This document shows positions 9,667 through 18,242 of a DNA stretch of 32,000 bases, in pieces (within the stretch, counting starts at the first letter, position 1; every line of letters starts with the position of its first letter). Source of the stretch: an uncultured Acidobacteriota bacterium (lineage in GTDB: Bacteria; Acidobacteriota; Terriglobia; UBA7540); NCBI GenBank assembly GCA_963753795.1, contig CAVWDS010000006.1:98866-130865 (forward strand), read 5' to 3'. A model generated the notes under the pieces. It saw only the letters and a list, made by a program, of their open reading frames with translations. It made no database searches and was not told the origin of the DNA. The position numbers were made by a program, and so were the translations under genes.

Positions 9667-10629
9667 ATGACCGCTGAAGGAAACGACATTCCCGCTTACG
9701 ATCAAGCAACTCTCCTGCTGATGCAGCCGCGAGGATTCTGTGCCGGCGTGATTCGGGCGATCGAGATTGTGGAGCTGGCATTGCAGAAGTTGGGCCGGCC
9801 CGTGTATGTGCGCAAGGAGATCGTCCACAATCGCCACGTGGTTGAAGACCTTGCAGTGCGGGGAGCTGTCTTTGTGGAGTCGCTTAAAGATGTACCCACA
9901 GGCGCGGTGGTTATTTTCAGCGCGCACGGGGTTTCTCCGTCCGTCCGCAAAGCGGCAAACGAACGAGGACTCCAGGTGATTGACGCCACGTGTCCTTTGG
10001 TCACCAAGGTTCATCTGGAAGTCATCCGTTACGCTCGTGAGAATTACACTATCGTGCTCATCGGCCACCGGAACCACGATGAAGTCATCGGCACCTTGGG
10101 AGAGGCTCCGAATGTAATCCACGTAGTTTCCTCAATCGAGGATGTGGCCTCCCTCGAGGTGAAAGACCCGCAGCGAGTGGCCTATCTTACTCAAACGACT
10201 TTAAGCATCGACGACACGACCGATATTGTGACGAAACTGAAAGAACGGTTCCCGGCTATTGAGGGACCACCCGCGCAAGACATTTGTTACGCCACGCAAA
10301 ATCGCCAAGCCGCCGTCAAGCTGGTGGCTGGGCAGACAGATGCAATTCTGGTCGTGGGCGCCGAGAACAGTTCCAACTCCAACCGTTTGGTAGAAGTAGC
10401 GCACCGGGCCGGGACGGACGCGTACCTGATCACCTGCGCTGACGACATCGAACCTCGGTGGCTCGAGGGTCGACGGCAACTGGGAATTACCGCGGGGGCC
10501 TCTACGCCGGATCACCTCGTCGAGGAAGTGGTCGACTGCCTGAAGAGGTGGGGGTTCAGCAGTGTCCGGGAAGTGGAATGGACCCAAGAAAACGTCCGAT
10601 TTGCCCTGCCGGGGGAGTTAGCAAGCTAA
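9667..10629 (+). CDS. ispH: 4-hydroxy-3-methylbut-2-enyl diphosphate reductase
   Basis: 320 aa. PRGFCAGV and DATCPLVTKVH cluster-ligand cysteine contexts, GHRNHDEV, and SSNSNRL are typical of IspH/LytB. Confidence 0.95.
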   Translation: MTAEGNDIPAYDQATLLLMQPRGFCAGVIRAIEIVELALQKLGRPVYVRKEIVHNRHVVEDLAVRGAVFVESLKDVPTGAVVIFSAHGVSPSVRKAANERGLQVIDATCPLVTKVHLEVIRYARENYTIVLIGHRNHDEVIGTLGEAPNVIHVVSSIEDVASLEVKDPQRVAYLTQTTLSIDDTTDIVTKLKERFPAIEGPPAQDICYATQNRQAAVKLVAGQTDAILVVGAENSSNSNRLVEVAHRAGTDAYLITCADDIEPRWLEGRRQLGITAGASTPDHLVEEVVDCLKRWGFSSVREVEWTQENVRFALPGELAS

Positions 10630-10661
10630 AAATCCGCTCACAGGGAGATCCAGAGCACTTC

Positions 10662-12689
10662 ATGACACCACGAGGCCAGGCCGAATCGGATACGCAAAGG
10701 GGAGAGCGGAGGCTCCCTTATGCTGAAGGCCGCTTCGACGAAAACCTCCAGGTGGCCATCCAGCGAGCCGTGGGTCATCTACTCTCCTTGCAGACCCCGG
10801 AGGGATACTGGGTGGGAGAACTCGAAGCCGACACAACCCTGGAATCGGATTACATCTTCTTTCTGTATGTCATGGGGAAGCTGGACAATCGCCGGTGCAC
10901 CAAGCTGGCAAATTATATTCGTCGCCGGCAGCTCCCTGATGGGGGATGGAATATCTACGCCGGCGGCCCGTCGGAGCTCAACGCCACGGTCAAGGCGTAC
11001 GTTGCCCTCAAGCTGGCAGGGGACTCCTCCGGAGATCCCCACATGGCGCGCGCCCGCAGCCGGATTCACGATCTAGGCGGAGTCGAAGCAACCAATTCTT
11101 ATGCACGCCTCTATTTGGCCTTGGGTGGAGTGCTGCCTTGGTCTTACGTTCCGGCTATGCCGCCGGAGCTGATTCTTATACCGTCTTGGTTCTTTCTCAG
11201 TATTTACTCGATGTCATCCTGGACGCGAGCCCTTCTCGTGCCCTTGATGCTGGTTTACGCGCACAGACCGCACTGGGATTTGCCCCCAGATGCCGGGGTG
11301 GAGGAACTTTTTCGCGACGCTTCCGGACGCATTCCGGCTTTCAAATGGGATCGCCGGCTGGTGAGCTGGCGCAATTTCTTCCTGCTGCTGGACCGGCTCT
11401 TCAAAATGCACGAGAAACTCCCGTGGAAGCCGCTCCGCAAGCGGGCGCTTCGCCGCGCCCGGCAGTGGCTCTTCGAACACCTGGAGCGCACCGAGGGGCT
11501 CGGCGCGATTTATCCCGCCATGGTCAACTCGATCTTTGCCCTGCGGGTCTTGGGTTACTCTGCCGATGACCCCCTCACGGCACGGGAAATCGGGCATCTG
11601 GCGCGATATGAAATCGAAGAAGGCGACACTCTGCGCGTGCAACCGTGTGTATCTCCGGTTTGGGATACCGCGGTGACGATGTTTTCCCTTCAGGAAGCCG
11701 GATTGCCCCCTGACCACCCCGCCTTGGTCAAAGCTGCCAGTTGGCTGCTCGACCGCCAGGTGTTGGGAGGTGGCGATTGGCAAGTCAAGAATCCGAATGT
11801 CGACCCGGGGGGATGGGCATTTGAGTTTCGAAATGATTTCTATCCGGACGTGGATGACACCTGCTTTGTCCTGATGGCGCTTCAACGCGTCGCCTATCCG
11901 GATCCGACCCGGCTGGAACAAGCTTTGCGCCGCGGCACTGCCTGGGTGCTCAGTATGCAGAACCGCGATGGCGGGTGGGGGGCGTTTGACCGCGACAACG
12001 ACTCCACCTTCCTGACGCGCGTTCCCTTCGCCGATCACAACGCCATGATCGACCCTTCGACGGGCGATCTGACGGCCCGTGTTTTGGAATACTTGGGTCG
12101 GCTCAAATGGCCTGCTTCCGATCCCAGAATTCAGCGCGCGGTGAGTTTCCTCCACCGGGATCAAACCGCTGAAGGCTCCTGGTACGGCCGGTGGGGAGTC
12201 AATTACCTCTACGGCACGAGCGGAGCATTGCGAGCGCTAGAGACATTGGGCCTGCAAAAGGAGGCGGAAAGCCAGCGGGCCGTCGCCTGGCTCCGCGCCG
12301 TGCAGAATCCGGATGGCGGCTTTGGCGAATCCTGCGCGTCCTACTATGATCCGGAGTTGAAGGGGCGCGGCCAAAGCACGGCCTCGCAAACTGCGTGGGC
12401 GCTGATCGGCTTGCTGGCAGCCGGGGAAACCTCCGAAGCCGCCGTCAAGCGGGGGGTGGGCTACCTTTTGGATCAACAGCGTGAGAACGGAACCTGGGCG
12501 GAAGCAGCCTTTACGGGAACCGGGTTCCCGCGGGTCTTCTATCTTAAGTACCACCTTTACCGGGATATCTTCCCGCTTTACGCCTTGGCGCGCTACTGGA
12601 ATTTATTGTACGGCCCGTCTGAATTTGAAGTCCTGCGTTTCCCACCGGAAGAGTTCCCACCGCGGAACGGGGACAGGAGGAGCCGATGA
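10662..12689 (+). CDS. shc: Squalene-hopene cyclase
   Basis: Catalytic DxDD motif (YPDVDDTCF). Multiple QW repeats (QTPEGYW, QLPDGGW, QNRDGGW, QTAEGSW, QRENGTW). ATG at 10662 with GGGAGA 14 nt upstream. The longer ORF from 10458 overlaps ispH and was not used. Confidence 0.93.
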   Translation: MTPRGQAESDTQRGERRLPYAEGRFDENLQVAIQRAVGHLLSLQTPEGYWVGELEADTTLESDYIFFLYVMGKLDNRRCTKLANYIRRRQLPDGGWNIYAGGPSELNATVKAYVALKLAGDSSGDPHMARARSRIHDLGGVEATNSYARLYLALGGVLPWSYVPAMPPELILIPSWFFLSIYSMSSWTRALLVPLMLVYAHRPHWDLPPDAGVEELFRDASGRIPAFKWDRRLVSWRNFFLLLDRLFKMHEKLPWKPLRKRALRRARQWLFEHLERTEGLGAIYPAMVNSIFALRVLGYSADDPLTAREIGHLARYEIEEGDTLRVQPCVSPVWDTAVTMFSLQEAGLPPDHPALVKAASWLLDRQVLGGGDWQVKNPNVDPGGWAFEFRNDFYPDVDDTCFVLMALQRVAYPDPTRLEQALRRGTAWVLSMQNRDGGWGAFDRDNDSTFLTRVPFADHNAMIDPSTGDLTARVLEYLGRLKWPASDPRIQRAVSFLHRDQTAEGSWYGRWGVNYLYGTSGALRALETLGLQKEAESQRAVAWLRAVQNPDGGFGESCASYYDPELKGRGQSTASQTAWALIGLLAAGETSEAAVKRGVGYLLDQQRENGTWAEAAFTGTGFPRVFYLKYHLYRDIFPLYALARYWNLLYGPSEFEVLRFPPEEFPPRNGDRRSR

Positions 12690-13783
12690 GGTTTCCGCTA
12701 GGCATGACCGTGAAGTTAAGCAAGTATGTCGCCGGAAAGCGCATGCGGCAGGTTGAGAAGTTTCCCCTCGTGATGATGCTCGAGCCGCTGCATGCCTGCA
12801 ACCTGACGTGCACGGGTTGCGGGCGCATCCGCGAATACAAGGAAACTATCACGGAACAGCTCACGGTGGAACAGTGCTTGAAGGCAGTGGATGAATGCGG
12901 TTCTCCTATTGTCTCCATCTGCGGGGGCGAGCCCATGATCTACCGCGGGTTGGGGCGTCTGGTGGCCGAAATCCTGGAGCGCGACAAACATATCTACCTA
13001 TGCACCAACGGCATGTTTATTCAAAGGCGCTTGAAAGAGTTCAAACCCAGCCCGCAGTTTTTCTTTAACGTGCACCTGGACGGCATGGAGACGACCCACG
13101 ATCTGTGCGTGGAGCGCAAAGGGGTGTTCCGGCAAGCCATCGAAGGCATCCGTGCGGCCAAGGCTGCCGGGTTTATGGTTTGCACCAACACCACCATTTA
13201 CAAGCAGACCGATCTGACGGAAATTGCAGAGCTCTTCGAGTATCTAAGGGAATTTGGAGTGGATGGCCACACCATCGCTCCCAGTTACTCCTATGCGGCC
13301 GTTCAAAACAAAGAGATTTTCATGTCGCGTCAGGAGATTCAGGAAAAGTTTCGCTTGGCCACGAAGCTCCTGGAGAAATACTCCCTGATGACCTCTCCGA
13401 TTTACTTGGACTTCCTGCGCGGCGAACGCGAAGACTTGATGTGCACCGCTTGGGGAAATCCGACTTACAACCCCCGGGGTTGGAAAGCGCCGTGTTATCT
13501 GATTACCGACGGCCATCACGCCACGTTCAAGGACTTCCTGGAAAAAACGAACTGGGATAAGTATGGCCGGGGGCGCGACCCTCGCTGCGAACACTGCATG
13601 GTGCACGTGGGATATGAGCCCTCTGCGGTGCTGGGTGCGAATCGGAGATTTAGCGATACCTGGAGACTGCTCAAGTGGCAACTTTCCCCGGGAAACGGCG
13701 GTCGGCGTCGGGCCAAAGACGATGAGACGAAAGAATGTTCTCCCTTAATACCCGCGCAAACGGATTCGTCGGAAGCCACCTGA
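12686..13783 (+). CDS. hpnH: Adenosyl-hopene transferase, radical SAM
   Basis: CNLTCTGCGRI (CxxxCxxC) radical SAM motif, GGEP, and a Cys-containing C-terminal extension (CEHCMVHVGYE). The start overlaps the shc stop (ATGA). Position directly after shc supports the call. Confidence 0.88.
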   Translation: MRFPLGMTVKLSKYVAGKRMRQVEKFPLVMMLEPLHACNLTCTGCGRIREYKETITEQLTVEQCLKAVDECGSPIVSICGGEPMIYRGLGRLVAEILERDKHIYLCTNGMFIQRRLKEFKPSPQFFFNVHLDGMETTHDLCVERKGVFRQAIEGIRAAKAAGFMVCTNTTIYKQTDLTEIAELFEYLREFGVDGHTIAPSYSYAAVQNKEIFMSRQEIQEKFRLATKLLEKYSLMTSPIYLDFLRGEREDLMCTAWGNPTYNPRGWKAPCYLITDGHHATFKDFLEKTNWDKYGRGRDPRCEHCMVHVGYEPSAVLGANRRFSDTWRLLKWQLSPGNGGRRRAKDDETKECSPLIPAQTDSSEAT

Positions 13784-13905
13784 CCCACTTTTTAATCGAG
13801 CGCGGTGAAAGGGCTCGGGTTCCGGTTCGCCCGCAGGGTACTTGTGCTCGTAGGGGAGGCTTCCAGTCGAGCCCCCGCGGCGCAGCGCATGAACTTGCCA
13901 CCTGA
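13735..13905 (+). pseudogene. Probable relic of hpnA (NAD-dependent sugar epimerase/dehydratase family), N-terminal ~35 codons only
   Basis: A 56-codon ORF below the track cutoff: MFSLNTRANGFVGSHLTHFLIERGERARVPVRPQ... This is the Rossmann start of SDR epimerases (TGANGFVGSHL..L.ERG..VRVLVRP), with the first Gly replaced by Arg. Similarity is lost after ~35 aa and a stop falls at 13903-13905. Confidence 0.45.
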
Positions 13906-13911
13906 ATCACA

Positions 13912-14628
13912 ATGAGAAAAGTCTTGGTTGCCTTCGCCCTCAAGGAGGAATTTGCTCCCTGGCGGCGCAGGCATCGCTTTCGCCCAATTTCAGTTTCACA
14001 GTGCGCCGTTTCAGTGACCTCCTTCGGTCCCACCGAGGTGTATGTGGCGCTCACTGGGGCGGGCGGGCTGGACGCTCACCGCTTCGATGATTTGATGGCG
14101 CGATTCACGCCCTCACTTGGAATCGTGACGGGAGTCGCCGCCGGCCTTAAACCAGCGTGGCGGCCGGGAGACCTGCTGGCTGCGCAATCGGTGTGCGCCC
14201 CGGACGCCAAGGAAAGAATCCCCGGCGACCCTACTCTTATCGATCTCGCCGTGCAATGCGGAGCGAAGCCGGCGTCCGCGCTGGTCACGCTGCCGCACAT
14301 TGCCCGCACGATGGTGGAAAAGGTGCGTTTGGCAAGCTTGGGCGACGCGGCAGATATGGAAAGCTTTCCCTCGATGAAGGAATGGTCAGCCCGCGGCATT
14401 CCCTGCCTCGCCCTGCGCGTGATTCTCGACCCAGTGGAAATGCCCATGAGCTGCGATTTTGAAGCGGCCTTTGATGTGCACGGGCAGGTGCAGATCACCA
14501 AAATCCTGGCCCAGTTGGCCCGCCGGCCCCGACTCCTGCCAGACTTCCTCCATCTCGCGCGGCAAAGCCGCCGCGTGTTGATGATGTTAGCCCACTTCCT
14601 GGATCGATTCTTGGTAGCCCTTGACTGA
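13912..14628 (+). CDS. hpnG: PNP_UDP_1-family nucleosidase/phosphorylase, HpnG-like (hopanoid-associated)
   Basis: 238 aa. It has a VLVAFALKEEF N-terminus (compare MTA nucleosidase AMEEE), GDAADMES, and ALRVILD (compare RxISD). Placement after hpnH matches HpnG, the adenosylhopane nucleosidase. Confidence 0.6.
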   Translation: MRKVLVAFALKEEFAPWRRRHRFRPISVSQCAVSVTSFGPTEVYVALTGAGGLDAHRFDDLMARFTPSLGIVTGVAAGLKPAWRPGDLLAAQSVCAPDAKERIPGDPTLIDLAVQCGAKPASALVTLPHIARTMVEKVRLASLGDAADMESFPSMKEWSARGIPCLALRVILDPVEMPMSCDFEAAFDVHGQVQITKILAQLARRPRLLPDFLHLARQSRRVLMMLAHFLDRFLVALD

Positions 14629-14692
14629 GGAACAATCAAAATCCGGTGACACTTGCCATCAGTGCCTACCCTCTCAGCCGACATGAAGACTT

Positions 14693-14835
14693 AACGGTGT
14701 CATTCCGATCCGTCAGCCGACGGAGAGGAATCTCGCTCTGCGCGAAGGCAGATCAGTAGCCTCAAGGCGTACTGGAGATTATGCGGAAGAAAGACTCAGA
14801 GCAAGATTCCTCGCTCCGCTCGGAATGACACCGTT
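14693..14835. mobile_element. 143-bp MITE-like nested palindrome (GTCATTCCG family), best-preserved copy
   Basis: Perfect 16-bp terminal inverted repeats: AACGGTGTCATTCCGA (14693-14708) and TCGGAATGACACCGTT (14820-14835). Inner 15/16 inverted repeat: GAGGAATCTCGCTCTG (14725-14740) and CAGAGCAAGATTCCTC (14797-14812). The REP 14-mer is embedded at 14710-14723. No coding capacity. Confidence 0.75.
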
Positions 14836-14924
14836 GCGTGGAGTTTCTGGAGAGCAGGCGGCAGAGCCGCCAGCTCAAACCGCCGCCACAGCGCGATCTT
14901 TCACACCCTTTCACTTATTACCGC

Positions 14925-15185
14925 CTAGGCGGGCTCCGATTCGCCTGGCTCGAAGGGTTCAGCGACCACCTTGCCCCCGGCCTTCTTTGTGAGGATCTCC
15001 ACTTTCCCTTCAGCTTCTTCCAGTTGCTTGTGGCAGGTCTCGGAGAGTTTCATTCCTTCCTCATAAAGCTGCAAGGCCTTCTCGAGCGGCAGGTCTGCGT
15101 CCTCGAGCTCGCGCACGATTCCGTCCAAGCGCTCAAGGTTCTTTTCAAAAGAGTCGGATTTGGCGGGTTTTGGTGTTTGGGTCAT
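14925..15185 (-). CDS. xseB: Exodeoxyribonuclease VII small subunit
   Basis: 86 aa. FEKNLERLDGIVRELEDADLPLEKALQLYEEGMKLSETC is the canonical XseB helix-hairpin. Confidence 0.9.
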   Translation of the reverse strand: MTQTPKPAKSDSFEKNLERLDGIVRELEDADLPLEKALQLYEEGMKLSETCHKQLEEAEGKVEILTKKAGGKVVAEPFEPGESEPA

Positions 15186-15193
15186 TTTAAAGC

Positions 15194-15256
15194 CTTCAGC
15201 GTTCAGCTATCAGCCGTCAGTTGTCTTTGCGCTCGCTGAGAGCTGACTGCTGACGG
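15194..15256. repeat. Heptamer array H1: NTCAGC x4 facing GCTGANN x3 (inverted pair)
   Basis: cttcagc gttcagc tatcagc cgtcagt, a 13-nt loop, then gctgaga gctgact gctgacg. It spans the stop codon (15210-15212) of the upstream gene and ends 9 nt from the xseB start codon. Confidence 0.7.
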
Positions 15257-17112
15257 CCCGCGTAGTTGCGGTGCGTTCCCCAAGGACTTGCGCCACATCG
15301 ACTGCCATGGCGTAGCGGCCGAAGGGCGCGGCGATTTGCACACCCTGAACCAAGTTACGGATTGAGAGCAGGGTCTCCTGAGCGATTCTAACACCTTCCG
15401 CCCGCGCTGCGTCTCCCGTATCCGCTTTTCTCATCCGATCCATGATGGCCTGTGGAACAGAGATTCCAGGCACTTCATTGTTCATGAATTCGGCGTTGCG
15501 GTAACTCGTGAGCGGGCAAATCCCTGCAACTACCGGAATACAGCCCGCCGCGGACTCTATTCGCTTCAAGAACCTCGCCAATTGCTCCACATCGAAAACC
15601 GGTGGGGTGACGGCGAAATTGGCGCCCGCTTTCAATTTGAGTTGGAAGCGGTGCAGTTCTTCCTCAGGGTTCACGGCGCAGGGATTCAACCCCACGCCGA
15701 TCAGGAATCCCGTTTGCTTGCTCAAGGGATTGCCCCCCACATCCAGCCCTTGGTTCAGATTGTTGAGGATGTTGACCAGCCCAATGGAATCAACCTCGAA
15801 GACGGCGGTTTCCTGGAGCGTAGAGAACTGGGCAGTGTCCCGAGTGATGGCGAGGATGTTCCGCAGGCCCAGCGCATGCGCACCCAGCGCGTCGGCTTGA
15901 ATGCTTAGCAGGTTACGATCGCGGGCGCTGTAGTGCAGCAAGACTTCGATGCCCACTTGCCGCTCGAGGAGGGCGGCGAGCGTGAGCGGGCTCATGCGGC
16001 CCATGACCCCCGTCCCGTCGGGAATGTTGATGGCGTCCACTCCCTTCGCCAGGAGGTACTGCGCGCCTTCCGCCTCTTTGGTGGCATCGCAGCCCTTGGG
16101 AGGAACAACCTCCGCCAGGATTGGAAACCTAGCGCGCGCCAGCTTTTCAGCCAGCCGCGAGCGCTTCTCGACTGGTATGGGTTCGAGCGTGCGCCCGGGG
16201 CGCTCCACGACCTCGATGGCCACGCGCGAGCGTTGCGGGCTCAGTGAACGGACGGCCGCTTTGATCGCCTTGATGTGCTCCGGCGTCGTCCCGCAGCAGC
16301 CCCCCACCAGCCGCGCTCCGCACTGAATGTAACGGCGCACGTAACTGGCCATGTACTCCGGCGAGCTAAGGTAGATATTCCGACCCTGAACCGTGCGGGG
16401 CATTCCCGCATTGGGTTGCGCGGAGAGCTTCCTGTCCGTCACTGCCGCCATAATCTCCAAAGCTTCCAGGATGGCCGCCGGACCTACGCTGCAATTGAGG
16501 CCGATGATGTCTGCGCCCCATTCGTCCAGTTTGCGGGCAAAGTCCTCGGGCAATGCCCCGATGGGCGTGCTGCCGTCATCCTGTACCGTCATCTGCACTA
16601 CCACAGGCAAAGAACAGACATCGCGGACGGCCAGCAGGGCTTGGTGGGCTTCGTTCGGGATCGCTCATGGTTTCGACCATGAGCAAATCTACGCCGCCCT
16701 CCGCCAGCGCTGCGATTTGCTCCCCAAACGCTTCCCTGGCTTCCTGGAGTGAGGTCGGCCCCAAAGGTTCCAGGCGGACTCCCAACGGTCCCACAGAGCC
16801 CGCCACATAGAGATCTTCTCCCGCCACTTCGCGAGCCAGGCGCGCGCCGGCCAGGTTGATTTCGCGAACCTTGGAGCCCTGATTGTATTTTTCCAGGCGC
16901 CGTCGCGTGGCCCCGAAGGTGTTGGTTTCAAGGATTTCCGCCCCGACCTTCACGTAGGCGAGGTGGACCTCCTTCACGAGTTGCGGCGAGCTCAAATTCA
17001 ACTCCTCGAAGCAGCGGCTTAGGGAGATGCCTTTCGAGTAGAGCATCGTCCCCATCGCTCCGTCGCAAACCATGGTCCGGTTTTCGATTTTCTCCAGAAA
17101 AGGTTCCCGCAT
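15210..17112 (-). pseudogene. Bifunctional homocysteine S-methyltransferase / 5,10-methylenetetrahydrofolate reductase (YitJ type), split by a 1-nt frameshift
   Basis: ORF 16576-17112 carries the N-terminal Hcy-MT half (VCDGAMGTML, ILETNTFGA, LLMVETMSD). ORF 15210-16610 carries the rest (GLNCSVGP, GGCCGTTPEHI) plus the MTHFR domain (AEVVPPKG, LHYSARDRN). Removing one C from the CCC run (plus-strand GGG at 16657-16659) reads through as MSDPNEAHQALLAVRDV. Confidence 0.85.
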
Positions 17113-17204
17113 TCTTCGTTTAGTTTAACACGCCAAACCGTGGGGAACGAAACCCCTGAAAAGTATCCCCAAGGCGGCGACATTCGTGCATAATTCCATA
17201 ACCA

Positions 17205-17816
17205 GTGATTGAATCGATTTTCCAAACACTGACGGACTTCTTCGCCCGGTACGGCTACTGGGTAGTCTTCTTCGGCGTGATGCTGGAAAACGGCGGTCTG
17301 CCCTTGCCCGGTGAAACCGTTCTGCTGTTCGCAGGGTTTCTGGCTTACCAAGGCGAGATTCGACTCGTTTGGGCGATCGGGGTTGCAATTGCCGGGGCGA
17401 CGCTCGGCGACAGCCTCGGCTACACGCTGGGTCGTTACGGAGGGAACGCCTTCTTCGATCGCTACGTCAAGCGCTTCAAGTTCCTGGCGCGCCGGTTTGA
17501 GAATTCCAGGGCGCTCTTTCTGAAGCACGGTCACTGGGCCGTGTTCACCGGCCGCTTCATCACCGGGCTGCGGGTGTTCGCGGGGCCGCTGGCCGGGCTT
17601 TTCAAGATGCCGTATACGAGGTTTCTCCTCTTCAATTTCACGGGGGCGGTAGTTTGGGCCACGGCGATCGGTTGTGTGGGTTTTCTTTTCGGAGACAATT
17701 GGTACAACCTGGTTCACGTCGTCAAGGATATCCACCGCGTCACGCTGGGCCTGGTTGCCGTGCTGGCCCTGGTGGGATTGATCGTCTACTTGCGACGGCG
17801 TACAAAAGGCGGCTAG
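17205..17816 (+). CDS. DedA family membrane protein
   Basis: 203 aa with a GTG start. YGYWVVFFGVMLENGGLPLPGETVLLFAGFLA and GRFITGLRVFAGPLAG are the DedA/SNARE-associated signature regions. Confidence 0.85.
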   Translation: MIESIFQTLTDFFARYGYWVVFFGVMLENGGLPLPGETVLLFAGFLAYQGEIRLVWAIGVAIAGATLGDSLGYTLGRYGGNAFFDRYVKRFKFLARRFENSRALFLKHGHWAVFTGRFITGLRVFAGPLAGLFKMPYTRFLLFNFTGAVVWATAIGCVGFLFGDNWYNLVHVVKDIHRVTLGLVAVLALVGLIVYLRRRTKGG

Positions 17817-17837
17817 CTCGGATCTCTTGCCGCGAAT

Positions 17838-17870
17838 GGGGAGGGCCGACGTTAAAACCATGCCCTCCCC
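17838..17870 (+). terminator. Hairpin downstream of dedA (GGGGAGGGC-15 nt-GCCCTCCCC)
   Basis: Perfect 9-bp GC-rich stem 22 nt after the stop. No U-tract, so terminator function is unproven. Confidence 0.3.
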
Positions 17871-17905
17871 CGTCTGTGGCAAGAAATCCCGGCCGAGTAA
17901 AAATT

Positions 17906-18213
17906 AACTACTTTGTTTTCAAGTATATTCCCGCTTACGGCGTGTAACTACCTGTGTTTTCATAGACATTACCGCTTTCCCCTCACTCCTTCCACGACAA
18001 TCCTTTGTTTTCATAGACATACGCGCATCGTTCTCGCAAAAAAGAATCTTGTTCTCCGGCGCGCTGGCCGGGGAGAACCGACCCGCTGCGGCGGGACGGG
18101 CCAAAACTGTCCGCCCAATTACCGGATGCCATGGCGGCCGTCCCGCCGGTTCTCGTCCCCGCCGCTCTTCCCCACGTTAACATACGCTATCGTTATAGCC
18201 TATAAGCGGGAAT
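17906..18213. other. IR-bounded non-coding element: three ~33-bp direct repeats plus a ~100-nt GC-rich imperfect hairpin (candidate ncRNA or MITE)
   Basis: TGTTTTCA(A/T)AG(T/A)A(T/C)AT units start at 17914, 17955 and 18006 in an AT-rich stretch. In the long hairpin, GGGGAGAACCG...GGCGGGACGG pairs with CCGTCCCGCC-GGTTCTCGTCCCC (about 18070-18160). An 11-nt inverted repeat, ATTCCCGCTTA (17927-17937) and TAAGCGGGAAT (18204-18214), bounds the unit. It lies between convergent genes. Confidence 0.35.
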
Positions 18214-18242
18214 TTGTCAAGCACAATCTCGCCCCCTGCCAG

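Noticed and set aside
9298-10122. 274-aa minus-strand ORF
   Set aside because: It is antisense to the 5' half of ispH and runs through the repeat-bearing intergenic region. It has no motif support, and the ispH call is much stronger.
10458-10661. 5' extension of the shc ORF (track start at 10458)
   Set aside because: It overlaps the last 170 nt of ispH in another frame and encodes Gly/Arg-rich sequence. Homology-like sequence begins after the ATG at 10662, which has a GGGAGA upstream.
11214-12164. 316-aa minus-strand ORF, plus the similar antisense ORFs at 17019-17882, 27644-28618 and 30083-31093
   Set aside because: Each lies wholly antisense to a gene with clear family motifs (shc, dedA, radical SAM, PD40 hydrolase). 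These are GC-rich antisense artefacts.
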